From the human T2T-CHM13v2.0 reference genome, Homo sapiens, in NCBI RefSeq assembly GCF_009914755.1, contig NC_060931.1: 64,000 nt of DNA, one strand, 5' to 3'. Shown here in pieces: positions 11,613 through 24,172 of this stretch. Position numbers and translations under genes: made by a program. Each line of letters starts with the position of its first letter. The stretch's first letter is position 1. Below the pieces are notes generated by a model, which worked only from the letters and a program-made list of their open reading frames with translations, was not told where the DNA came from and made no database searches.

Positions 11613-12582
11613 GGTCCGCAGCACCTGTGATTTACTCTGCACCACCCAGAAGCCTGGGATACCCTCTCGAGGGCCCCCACCTTCCTTTCCTGGGAAGGGG
11701 AGCTGGGCAAGCCTCACCTCCCTCTACCTACACCCACAGAGACAAGGCCCGTGAGTCCTGGCCCAGCCTCCGGGGTGCCTCACCATGGGGAATCTGTGCA
11801 GATGGTGACCACCACCCCCATACCCCAGATGGAGGCCAGGACCCTGCCACCAGGTATGGCAGCTGTGACGGTGGTGCCCCCACACCCTGTGACTCCAGCG
11901 ACCCCTGCTGGTAAGATGCCAAGCCCTTCTACCTGTGTGCAAGGCCTCTGTAAGCCCACCTTCCTTGTGAGGGGGACAGAGGCCCTTTGTTCAAGGTCAC
12001 ACAGCTCAAGGTCATTTTGGGGAGGACTGAGTTTCCTAGCCCAGTTTACCCTTTTTCTATTATCCCAAGATAGGCAGAGTGAGGCATAGCAGATGCCAAG
12101 AGGAGGGAGCTTGGGGGCTTCAGGGAGGTGACGAAGGAGAAAGGACAGGGCAGGCCAAGTGACTGGTCAGCCGGCTGTGGTGGTGCCCACAGGCCAGAGC
12201 GTCGCCCCAGGACCCTTCCCACCTGTGCAGTGTGGCCCTGGCCAGACGCCCTGTGAGGTGCTGGGCTGCGTGGAACAGGCGCAGGTGTGTGATGGCAGGG
12301 AGGATTGCCTCGACGGCTCCGACGAGAGGCACTGCGGTGAGCTGCTGGAGGGCCTGCTGTCCTGTGGGTAGGGGGTGGCACTTATCCTTCAGTGTAGGAA
12401 AGTGTCTGCCCTCATTTGTAGCTCATATTGGAAAGGATCTGGGGGAGGCTTGGGCAGCAGGGAATGGAGAAAATGGGTAAAAACAGGAGTGTGTGTGTCT
12501 TTGGGGGTGGTCAAGACCGGGAATAGGATAGGCCTTGGGTCTCAGCCTATTTTATAAAACCTGTTTGACCTTTGAAGAGACT

Positions 12583-13337
12583 CATCTACTCACTCACCCA
12601 TCCAACATTCTACCTATCCCTCTATCTATCCATCCATCAGCCACCCATCCATCCGTCTACCCATCCTCCCATCCACTAATCCACCCACTCACCCACCCAT
12701 CCATCCATCCACCCACCCACCCACACTCCCACCCCCCACCCCCCACCCCCCACCCCTCTATCCATGTATTCATCAGCCACCTATCAACCATCTGTCTACT
12801 CACAAATCTATCCATCAATCCATCCACCCATCCAGCCAGCCACCATGCATCTATCTACCCATCCATCCATCTATTCACCCGTCCATCCATCAATCCATCC
12901 ATCCATCTCAATCCACCTACCTACCCCTCTATCCATGTACTCATCAGCCACCCATCCATCCATCCATCCACCCACCCATCCATCCACCCATCCATCCATT
13001 CATCTATCCACCGACCCCTCTATCCATTCATCTATCAGCCACCCATCCATCCACCCATCCATTCATCCATCCATCCGACACCCACCCATGCATCTATCAG
13101 CCACCCATCCATCCACCCATGGATTCATCTACCCACCCCTCTATTCATCCATTCATCAGCTACCCATGCATCCACCTACTCACTCATCTACCCATCCATC
13201 CATCCACCCATCCATCCATTCACTCACCTACCCATACACCCATCCATGCATGCATTCATCCACCTATCTATCCACCCATCTATCCATCTACCCACCCATA
13301 TATCCATCCATTCATTTATTCATCCATCCATCCATGC
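12583..13337. repeat. Degenerate (CCAT/CCAC)n tetranucleotide tract, ~750 bp
   Basis: Continuous catccatccacccatcc pattern. Confidence 0.92.
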
Positions 13338-16300
13338 AAAGTAGATCACTATGATCAAAGCTTAGTCTTCCAATCATGACCAAAGAAATCCAATGTTAAT
13401 CAGTCACAAGAAGAGCCACCCCAGGGAGTATGCATTCAGGAATAAGGTACCTAAGCATCTAGAATCTCTGTGTGAGAGCTTGTGTAGACCCAAGACTCCA
13501 TGATCTCACCAACACATAGTGGAAGGAAGCCTGCTCTGGGCATGGGATGCAGGAGGCATCAGGAGGAAGGGGAGGCCAGGGGCTCCAGTCAGCAAGCTCA
13601 CTTTGGCTCTTGGCTTGAGAAGGGGCTGAGTGTATCATTCAGCCAGGAATCTACTTATGTGGCTCCCTTCTCTCCCTGCCTTGTGGGCAGCGAGCACTGT
13701 GCCCTTCATGATGCCTACCATGGCCCTGCCTGGGCTTCCAGCCTCAAGGGCCCTCTGTTCCCCGAGCCAGCTGAGCTGTGGCAGCGGGGAGTGTCTGTCT
13801 GCTGAGCGGCGCTGTGACCTGCGGCCTGACTGCCAGGATGGCTCGGACGAGGATGGCTGTGGTATGTGCCAGCCAGGGCAGGGGTAGCCCTGAGGGCCCC
13901 CTCCTGCATGAGCCCCTCTGAGCCCCGGCCCCCATGCCCCTGCAGTGGACTGCGTGCTGGCCCCCTGGTCTGTCTGGAGCAGCTGCAGCCGCAGCTGTGG
14001 CCTGGGCCTCACCTTCCAGCGCCAGGAGCTGCTGCGGCCTCCTCTGCCAGGGGGCAGCTGCCCGCGTGACCGGTTCCGAAGCCAGTCCTGCTTTGTGCAG
14101 GCCTGCCCAGGTAATCCTGCACTCCAGCCTTCCCTCGGGAAAGCCCCTGCTCCCAGAGGGAGGTGGGGAACCCCCCACCCAGTCTCCTCAGGAACCTTCA
14201 GGTGTGAAACCTGGGGTGGGTTTCCATCTGAGAGCCTCCCGGCTGGCCCTGCCCTCCTTTCCTACCTGAGCCAAGACTCAGGTTCTTGTGTATAGCCTGG
14301 AAATAATGGTCATTCCTGCCTCAGAAGGCACTGGAAGGATTAAGGGAGATGGTGTGTGGGGGTGTTTGGAGCCAGGCCTCATGTGTCAGCCAGCTGTGCC
14401 ACTTGTCCCTGGGTGCCATGCGGAAGGCCTTGTCACTCTTTTATTCCATCGATCCAAGGGAGTGGCCCTCACCTACTTCTGTGCATGGCAGAGAGGGGCT
14501 TCCCACACAGGGGCCTCTTTCAGTCCCACCCTGGCTCCTCCCTGGCTGTGGTGGCCCTACAGCTGCCATCAGGGCTGCTCTCCCCAGGATCCCTGCAGTC
14601 CCGGCCCCTTCCCAGGGAGCAGAGCTTTTGTCCTGGGAGGCACCTAGAGCCCTTTCTCCAGGCACCTGCCACCTAGGGGAGGTTTCCTGGGACAGAAGAG
14701 GAGCTGTGGAACACCCAGGGCAGGGCCCTTGGCTGCCTCACTGGCTGCTGCCCAGGCCGGGGGAGGAGGGGAGCGCTGGCTCTGGCCACTCTCTCATAGC
14801 CTGTGTCTCCTGGACCCCTCCTGGTGGACCCACATGCTACCTTCCCCAACAGTGGCTGGGGCATGGGCCATGTGGGAGGCCTGGGGACCCTGCAGCGTCT
14901 CCTGCGGGGGTGGCCATCAGAGTCGCCAGAGAAGCTGTGTGGACCCCCCACCCAAGAATGGCGGTGCCCCCTGCCCCGGGGCCTCCCAAGAGAGGGCACC
15001 CTGCGGCTTGCAGCCCTGCTCAGGTGGCACAGGTAAGGGGGTGCTGGGCTGGGGACACGGAGGGAGCACTGTGGGCACGGGGCGATTGGGCCTCCCAGCA
15101 CCTAGGCTCACCTGGTGCCCATCCCCCACCAGACTGCGAGCTGGGCCGTGTGTATGTGAGTGCCGATCTGTGCCAGAAGGGGCTGGTGCCCCCATGCCCA
15201 CCCTCCTGCCTGGATCCCAAGGCCAACAGAAGCTGCAGTGGGCATTGTGTGGAAGGTGAGGCAGACCTGGCCTGCAGGGGGACTGTGGGGTGCCCACACA
15301 GGCCCACCAGCCCCCAGTCTCCAGCCTCCCCTCCCTGCTGTGCCCCTTGGGGCTGAGTGCCCTCTTCCACATACTCCCAGGATGCCGCTGTCCCCCGGGG
15401 CTCCTTCTGCATGACACTCGCTGCCTGCCCCTCTCTGAGTGCCCCTGCCTGGTGGGCGAAGAGCTGAAGTGGCCAGGGGTGTCCTTCCTCCTGGGCAACT
15501 GCAGCCAATGGTGAGGGCGGCTGCACCAGGGAGGGCACTGTACCGGGGTCTCCCCAGCCCTGACCGGTTCCTCAGCCTCTCCCTCCCCTGCAGCGTGTGT
15601 GAGAAGGGGGAGTTGCTGTGCCAACCAGGGGGCTGCCCCCTGCCCTGCGGCTGGTCAGCCTGGTCCTCCTGGGCTCCCTGCGACCGCTCCTGTGGCTCTG
15701 GAGTGAGGGCCAGGTTCAGGTGTGCGACAGGGGTGGACGGCAGTGTGAGAAGGAGTGGTGGGGCCCAGGGAGGCGAGGAGCCAGGCCAGCCCTGAGGGGG
15801 CGATAGTGGGAAGATGGTGGACAGGGGATGAAGGATGAAGAAGGCGGGAGTGAGGGCAGGGAGAGAGCAGAGCGGGTGCTCAGGGCTGCCTCTCTCCCCA
15901 GGTCTCCCTCCAACCCTCCGGCAGCCTGGGGGGGTGCCCCGTGTGAAGGTGACCGGCAGGAACTGCAGGGCTGCCACACAGTGTGTGGGACAGGTATAGC
16001 CGGGAGCCTGGGTGCAGGAGTCCCCCCTTCCTCCTCCCAATTCTGTACCCTGAGAACACATGGGATGGGACCCACTGACCACTCTACGTGGGGGATTGGT
16101 AACACCTCCGCAGTCTGAGAGGCAGCCCTTGAACTGGCCTCGGTGGAGGGGCTTTGATGGGGAGAGGCAGAGACTCCCGCCCAGACTGCCTGGGCGCCAG
16201 GAGCAGGCTGGCCTGGGTGGAGCAGGCAACTGCAGAGCCGGGCGAGAGAGGTGAGGCTGGTGGGTTGAGGGAGGCCAGCAGCAACATTTAGAGGCCAGAT

Positions 16301-16405
16301 GAAGGTGCCAGATGGTTTCCCTCTTTCCACCTACCGGGTGCTTCTCAGACAGTGCCTGTGCCAGTGGAGGTCTCTGCAGAGCAGGCGCAGCCTCACTGTT
16401 GTGCA

Positions 16406-16500
16406 GGGCAATGGGACGAGGTGGGCAATGGGACGAGGTGGGCAATGGGACGAGGTGGGCAATGGGATGAGGTGGGCAAGGGAGAGGTGGGCAATGGGGA
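16406..16500. repeat. 17-bp minisatellite GGGCAATGGGACGAGGT, ~5.5 copies
   Basis: Three perfect copies at 16406-16456, then degenerate copies. Confidence 0.9.
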
Positions 16501-16814
16501 AGAAAGAGGAGTGGGGGAGGGGAGGGGGAGAGAGGCAGGGTGCATCCAGGGGGTCTGGGCCAGGCTCTTGCAGTAGGAGGGAAAGAGGGGCCAGTGGAGA
16601 GTGGCCGGTGGGACACTGACAGTTTCCACAGGGACTCTTAATCAGTTTCTGGCATAGAAGGATCAGGAAGCGTTGATCTGGGGGAAACATGAGGATTGGT
16701 GGTGGTCCTGCTGAGGTGCTGTCCGAGTCCAGGAGAGAGATGTGGGAATGTAGTTGAGCCCAGGTTCACAGGAGGCTCTGTGCCTGGCTCCTGAGGGTGA
16801 GAAGTGGGGCTGGA

Positions 16815-17112
16815 GGCCAGGTGCAGTGGCCCACGCCGATAATTCCAGCACCTTGGGAGGCCAAGGTGGGAGGATTGCTTGAGGCCAGGAGTTCAAGACC
16901 AGCCTGGGCAACATAGAGAGACCCCATCTCTTAAAAAAAAAAATTAAAAATGTAGCTGGGCATGGTGGCGCATGCCTGTGGTCCCAGCTCCTCGGGAGGC
17001 TGCGATAGGAGATCACGTAAGCTTAGGAGGTAGAGGCTGCAGCAAGCTATAAGCATGCCACTGCACTCCAGCTGACAGATCCTGTCCTCAGCCCCCCAGA
17101 AAAGCAGAAAAA
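16815..17112 (+). mobile_element. Alu (old, AluJ-like), sense
   Basis: ggccaggtgcagtggc..gaggattgcttgaggccaggagttcaagaccagcctgggcaacatag, A-rich linker, diverged right arm. Confidence 0.9.
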
Positions 17113-19190
17113 AGATGGGGCTGGAGAGTGGGGGTCCCAGCAAGTGAGCTGAGAAGGGGCAGAGGCTGCACCCTGAGCCCAGAGCAGCCTCCCTCCTCCT
17201 TGTGAGCCCTCTTCTGCCCACCTAGTTTCTCAGACCTAACCCAGGCTCCTCGACCCTCCCCAGCCCTGCCAGTAAAGGCCTTTGCACAAATGGCCTGTCC
17301 TGTTCCCCCTCCACAGAGGTGTTCGGCTGGACGCCCTGGACTTCCTGGTCCTCCTGCTCCCAAAGCTGCCTTGCCCCGGGAGGGGGCCCTGGCTGGCGCA
17401 GTCGTTCCCGACTCTGCCCCAGCCCTGGGGATTCATCCTGCCCAGGAGATGCCACCCAGGAGGAGCCCTGCAGCCCCCCTGTATGCCCAGGTATTCTCCC
17501 TTGGGCCCAGGGGTGGCTCGGATGCTGGGGTGGGATGAGGAGCAAAGAAGAATGCCCCCTTGAGCCGGTTCTAGACATCTGGGAGGGGCCAAGGGTTGGA
17601 GCAAACCTGGCTGTTGTCCTTAAGCCTCTCCCACCCCAGCCATCGCGCAGGAAGCCAGCCTGAGTGGTAGACGTAGGTGGGGGCTGGAGGCTGCAGTTAA
17701 GACCCTGCAAGCTACACAGCTCCAGCCACACGATGCCCTATCCTGGACTGTTTCTGCCATGCCGGTGTCTGTGACTCTGGATTGGGCTCTTCCTGGCAGT
17801 GCCAAGCATCTGGGGTCTGTGGGCTCCCTGGTCCACTTGCTCAGCCCCCTGTGATGGAGGCATCCAGACACGTGGGCGCAGCTGCTCCAGCTTGGCTCCA
17901 GGGGACACCACGTGCCCAGGACCCCACAGTCAGACCAGGGACTGCAACACGCAGCCCTGCACAGGTACCAGACTCCCTGCCTATTTTCCAGCAGGCCTCC
18001 CTGGCCCAGCTCCTGGGGATTTTGACCTTTTCCCCACCCTCACCTTCGCCCATCACTGCCCTCTGACTCCAGGCCAGGTAATGCCTGGAGCTAAGGGAGC
18101 CTGGGATTTCCTGTGTCTCCTCTAGCTCCCTGCCTCTCCCACCTGCCACTGGGGACCAGGTCCCAGCAGCTGTGGCCCCTCAGCCCTTTGCTCTTCTTTG
18201 GTGGAGGCAGGCCTCCTTCCCCAGAGAACAGGCTCCCCGAGGGAGGCAGACTGGCCTTCCTCAGGGCAGAACACACTCAGGGCCAGAATCGTGGGGGAGC
18301 AGAGCTCGCACTTTGAAGCCCCTGGCCCCTTCCTTACTCTCCCTTGTCCTCTGAGGGCTCCTCCTATCCCAGATGACTGGAGTCCTCATGGTCTGTTCTC
18401 AAGAATATTTGTATTAAAGTAGAGCAAAGCCATGGCTGTGTCCTGGTGCCATCCCAGACACTGGAGCAAAGCTGTGAGGGTAGGGGCAGGAGGGGTGGCT
18501 TCTCTGGCACAGTCCTGCCCAGTAGCCTGCCGCCCCATGCCCTGCTTGCAGGTTCCCTTCTGCCCCTCTGCCTCCCTTCCCTTCCCATCCCTTCCCGTCC
18601 TTCCTGCCCTTGCTGAGACCTGCTTTGTCTTCCTATCCAGCCCAGTGCCCAGAGAACATGTTGTTCCGCTCAGCAGAGCAGTGTCACCAGGAGGGGGGTC
18701 CTTGCCCTCGGCTATGCCTGACGCAGGGCCCCGGGATAGATAGAGTGTACGGGCTTCTGCGCCCCCGGCTGCACCTGCCCCCCTGGTCTTTTCCTGCACA
18801 ATGCTAGCTGCCTGCCCCGCAGCCAGTGCCCCTGCCAGCTGCACGGGCAGCTCTATGCATCAGGAGCAATGGCTCGCCTGGACTCCTGCAACAACTGGTG
18901 GGTCACAGCGTGGGGGCAGTGTGGGAGAGGGGCCGGGGATCTAGAGGTGGGCAGGCGTGGGCTCCCTTTCACAAGCACACCCCGTGGTGGGGTGCTCCGT
19001 TCCCCAAACACAACACAGCAGCCACGGGTGCCGGGCAGGGTCCTGAGAATATTAGAGCGAGTGGTCATCCCCATTTGACTTATGGGAATATTGGGTCTCA
19101 GATCGATGGAGCGATTTATGATAGAACTAGAGATGGCAGAGGGTCTAACCTCTCATCACAGCTTTCTCTGGTTCTCTTTCCTGAATGTAA

Positions 19191-19810
<620 letters not shown>

Positions 19811-22194
19811 TAGGCTTTAAAACATGTATTGGAGAGAACAGCAAGTGTGCAGAAGTACCCAGTTCTCCCTCCTAGGAGAACTCCAGCTGTCTCTAAATCC
19901 CTCCTACCTGGCCCTGGCCCTCGAGGTCATTTCCCAATAAATACAAATGGATGAGACCTTGGGACAAAGGACAGCGCAGCGCCTGGGCGCTGTGGGGCTC
20001 ACTGAGGGTGCATCGTGAACTTCGCAGGGGACCTGGGCAGCAAGCTTCACACCCCAGACCCTCGGGTTTGTCTTCTGCAGTGGTCTCAGCTGCTTCCCTG
20101 GGGGTAAGGGCTGACTGTGGCCGTGATGGCCAGGTAAAGCCTCACTACCCCCTTTCTCTGCAGCACCTGTGTCTCTGGTAAGATGGCATGCACCTCGGAG
20201 CGCTGCCCAGGTACCCCCATGCTTGGGGCACGGGAATTGGGCAGTGGTGGGTCCTCAGGGACCATAGGGGACTTAGGACCCTCCTGAGTTAAACTCCTGG
20301 GAGCTCGGTGGTGCCCAGGGAAGTTAGGGTATGAGAAGACTGACCTGGTTTCACACACACTGCCCTCCGCCCCCAACACGCCCTGGCAGTGGCCTGTGGC
20401 TGGAGTCCCTGGACCCTGTGGAGTCTCTGTAGCTGCAGCTGCAACGTGGGCATTCGGCGCCGCTTCCGGGCAGGCACTGCACCCCCAGCTGCCTTTGGGG
20501 GTGCTGAGTGCCAAGGCCCCACCATGGAGGCTGAATTCTGCAGCCTGCGGCCATGTCCAGGTGAGAGCTGGGACTGAGGTCCTGAGACCTCCTTAACCTT
20601 CCAGAGAGAAGCCAAGAAGACTCCCATCACCCCCCACCCTGAACCTCTAGAAAAGTGCAAGAGACTTCATTAAGAGATGCTGCTAAGAGGTTGTCCCCAG
20701 AGACTCCTTGAGGGTCCATTCCCTAACAGGGCCCCTCCTCAGAATAGCCCCAGCTTCTCCCTAGAGACCAGCCCAGTTCTAGGCTGAATCCTGGAGCCCC
20801 CCACAAGCAGGTGTGAGGCACCTTAAGTGGGATATGACGCTGCAGGTGAAGCGGTGGAGGGGTCCCCAGGGGTGTCTGGGTGGGAGGAGGAGAAGGTGGG
20901 GTGGGCATGGGAGGCAGGGCCTGCAGTGACCTGGGCACCACCCCCAGGTCCTGGTGGGGAGTGGGGCCCTTGGTCTCCGTGCTCCGTGCCCTGTGGTGGT
21001 GGCTACAGGAACCGCACCCGAGGCAGCAGCCTGCGCAGCCTCATGGAGTTTTCCACCTGTGGCCTGCAGCCCTGCGCAGGTGAGGCCTGCCCTGGGGACC
21101 CTCCAGTTCTCATTCTTACCAACCCAGGGCACTGTCAACCCCCTGTCTGCCACCCCAGCACAGCCCTGTCCCTCGGCCCTTGTGCAGTCCCCATGACCAC
21201 CCCACCCATACCCAGAGCTGGTGCCTCTCCCAGGTTGGGAGCTCAGGGGAGAGCTGAGTGCTCTGGGGCTGGGCTGTCAATTTCTATGTCCCCAGGGCCA
21301 GTGCCTGGCATGTGTCCCAGGGACAAGCAGTGGCTGGACTGTGCCCAGGGCCCTGCCTCTTGTGCAGAGCTCAGCGCCCCAAGAGGGACTAACCAGACCT
21401 GCCACCCTGGCTGCCACTGCCCCTCTGGGATGCTTCTGCTGGTGAGTGTCCCCCTGCCTGGCCCCAGAGAGGCCTCTGTACAGCCTGGGGACCATGGGGT
21501 GGCAGGGAAGGGACAGGCAGGATCTGGACAGCGAAGAACATAGGGTATGGGGCTAGAGACAGGGAGACCCTGCAAGGTTGAGGAAAGGGTACTAAACTCA
21601 TGGGTTACAACTCAGCTCCGGCAGGAACCAGCAGGGGATCCTGGGCAGGTCTCATCCCTCTCCCCCTAATCTCTGTTTCCTCACTGGTAAAAATGGTGAT
21701 AGGTCTAGAAGATCTTTGTGAATTGTCCCTGCTCAACTGCTCTGTCCACTATGTTATCACCAGTTATTTATCGAGCACCTACAGTATGTTAGTCTCTGGC
21801 TGAGCTATTCTGTAGGGAAGGAGTAGTCTCTGCCCTCAAGAAGCATCCAGTCTGGGGAAACCAGACCCAGAGTCCCTAAAATGAAGCTAGAACCATCAGA
21901 CGGGCAGGAAGTGAGCTTTGCACATTGTGGAGTGGAGTGGAGTGGGCTGGGTCAGCCATGGAGGGCTCCCTGTAGGAGGTGATCCTGACTTGAATATCAG
22001 AGATTGGAGGGTGTGGAGAGTAGGGAGGCATGGAGGGCTTCCTGAAGGAGGGGGTCCTGCACTTGAAGATCCAAGATTGGAGAGCAGAGAGGTGGCCACT
22101 CTAGTCAGAGGGTGGTAGGAATTGGGGCTAGGAAATGCCGGCTGTGTGGTGGGATTGAACAAAGCCGTGGGGTGTGGTTAAGGGACACGTTGTA

Positions 22195-22300
22195 ATCATA
22201 TCTGAGTCCAAATCAGGCTCTTTTACTGGTAGCCCTGCGAGCTTGGGGATAGTATTCCCGTGCCTCAGTTCCTTCCTTTGTAAAATTGGGGTAAAATTAC
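22195..22300 (+). mobile_element. MIR fragment
   Basis: ctgagtccaaatc..gtgcctcagttccttcctttgtaaaattgggg resembles the MIR core. Confidence 0.5.
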
Positions 22301-23129
22301 AGCCAGTCACAGGAGTCAGTGAGACGGTGCAGGGAAAGGGTTTCCCAGGCCCTGGCCCGTAAACTTCAGTGCGTTCGACTTTGAATCATGCGCCACAAGA
22401 CAGTTGTTTCTTTTAAATCTGAAGGACTTCTGTCCAGATTCCCTGTGCACAATGTTTTTCTGTTTTTATTTTGTTGATGAAAATGTGTCTTTTCCTACCA
22501 TTGCTGTACAAATTGCATATTTCATGTTTTCATGGCTGACTTCATGGGGATTCGACAGTTCAGTCTCATGTCCTGCAATTTTTAAGATGGTCTTTTTCTC
22601 CTAGAAATTGGAGGGTCCACGTCCCCACGTCCCCACGGCCCCCAAGCCGATGGTCCGCATTTGCCTGGCAGGAGGGCAGAGGGGAGAGCTGCATGTCTGT
22701 GGAAGGAGAGTGGCTGGGTTTTAAGGGGGAGCTTGAGGATTGCATGCTGGCTCTGACCAGGGTGGGGAGCCCAGGCCCAGCCCATCTGGAGCCAGAAGAT
22801 GATAGAGGGTTTCGATTCCAGAACAACGTGTGTGTGCCCACCCAGGACTGCCCCTGTGCCCACGAGGGGCACCTCTACCCCCCGGGCAGCACTGTGGTTC
22901 GTCCATGTGAAAACTGGTGAGACACCGCCCCCATCCCATTATGGCCCTGTGACCTCTGACGACCTGCTGTCCCTCCTCAGAGGCAGGGATTTTGGCTCCA
23001 GTCGGGGACAGAGACACATGTGCCCCCCACCCCCAGCCCCTCGGCACAGCCGTCCAGCCCTCTGAGGCTGCACCCTCCTGCGCCCCTCCCTCCCCCTGTC
23101 CCCCACCTGTTTTCCCTCTCCCCACCTGT

Positions 23130-23543
23130 GTTAGCCTCCTGGGGCTGCTGCCACCGAGTGCCATGCACTGGGGAGCTAGAGCAGCGGCCCCTGATGGTCT
23201 CACAGATCCTGGAAGCCCAGGATCAAGGTGTTGGTGGGTGGGCTCCTTCTGAGGGCTGCAAGGGAGACTGTTCAAGGCCTTACTCCTCTTCTGGGAGTTT
23301 GCTGGAAATCGTTGGCACTCCTTGGCCTGTAGGTGGCCTTCTCCCTATCTCTTCATGTCATCTTCCCTCATTTTCTCTTTTATAAAGGACATAAGATGCA
23401 TTAAAACTAGGGCCACCTCAGTGACCTCCTTTTAACCTGATCACCTCTGTACAGACCTCATCTCCAAATAAGCTCCCATTCCCAGGGACTGGGGGCCAGG
23501 ACTTGAACTTGAGGGTTTGGGGGGCCACAATGCAGCCCATAGA
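23130..23543 (-). mobile_element. MaLR LTR remnant (MLT1B/C-like)
   Basis: ctcacag..gatcaaggtgttgg..tccttctgagggctg..ttttataaaggaca..ctccaaataag..cacaatgcagcccata resembles the reverse complement of MLT1. Confidence 0.6.
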
Positions 23544-24172
23544 CCAACCAACCCTCTGCTGCTCCCCACAGCTCCTGTGTCTCCGGGCTCATCGCCAACT
23601 GCAGCTCCTGGCCTTGTGCGGAGGGTAAGGAAGCGTCCCCACTTCTGACTTGCACCTCGGCTCCCCCATCCCTCAGCTGCAGGAGTGGGCCAGGGCTGAG
23701 ACTGGGGGAGGAAAGCCATCAGGAGAGATGGGGGGCAGAGGCACCATGCTCCATCTTCAGCCTGTCCAGCCTGTGCCTGTCCCCCTCCTGCCTGCCCGCC
23801 TCCTGGATATCCCCTAGGTGAGCCCACGTGGTCACCCTGGACCCCTTGGAGCCAGTGTTCAGCCTCCTGTGGCCCTGCCCGGTGCCATCGGCACCGGTTC
23901 TGTGCCAGGTCCCCCAGTGCAGTGCCATCCACCGTGGCTCCGCTGCCCCTGCCAGCCACCCCCACACCTCTCTGCTCAGGCCCCGAGGCTGAAGAGGAGC
24001 CATGTCTCCTGCAGGGGTGTGATCTTGAGTGCCTGCCTGCCCTGCCCGCCTGGACCCTCCTGGGGAGCCCAGGGTGGTGCCCACTGTACGCTGTGGATGC
24101 TGCTGCCTTGTACCAGCTGTGCCCTGGCCCCAGCCAAGCCCCTCCTCACTCCTTCCTCTGCTGTGTCCCCAG

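Larger units (their letters stand above)
8508..13861 (+). pseudogene. SSPOP: SSPOP exon group: second LDLa cluster with Pro/Thr-rich linkers
   Basis: Exons 8508-8658, 9184-9256, 9980-10037, 11740-11910, 12193-12336, 13691-13861. Confidence 0.87.

Noticed and set aside
10742-11710. Two ORFs sharing a ~47-aa peptide as a duplicated small gene
   Set aside because: Simply the two arms of the inverted repeat; no splice or coding signature.
12535-13379. His/Pro/Ser-rich ORFs (269, 196, 86 aa)
   Set aside because: Translation of the (CCAT)n simple repeat.
15108-16616. 502-aa minus-strand ORF and the many other antisense ORFs over SSPOP
   Set aside because: Shadow ORFs in GC-rich sequence with no recognisable domains; the + strand exons explain the region.
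18743-18744. AG in the ATAG duplication as an in-frame rescue acceptor
   Set aside because: Would be in frame (G|AG TGT) but lacks a polypyrimidine tract and is preceded by other AGs; too weak to claim.
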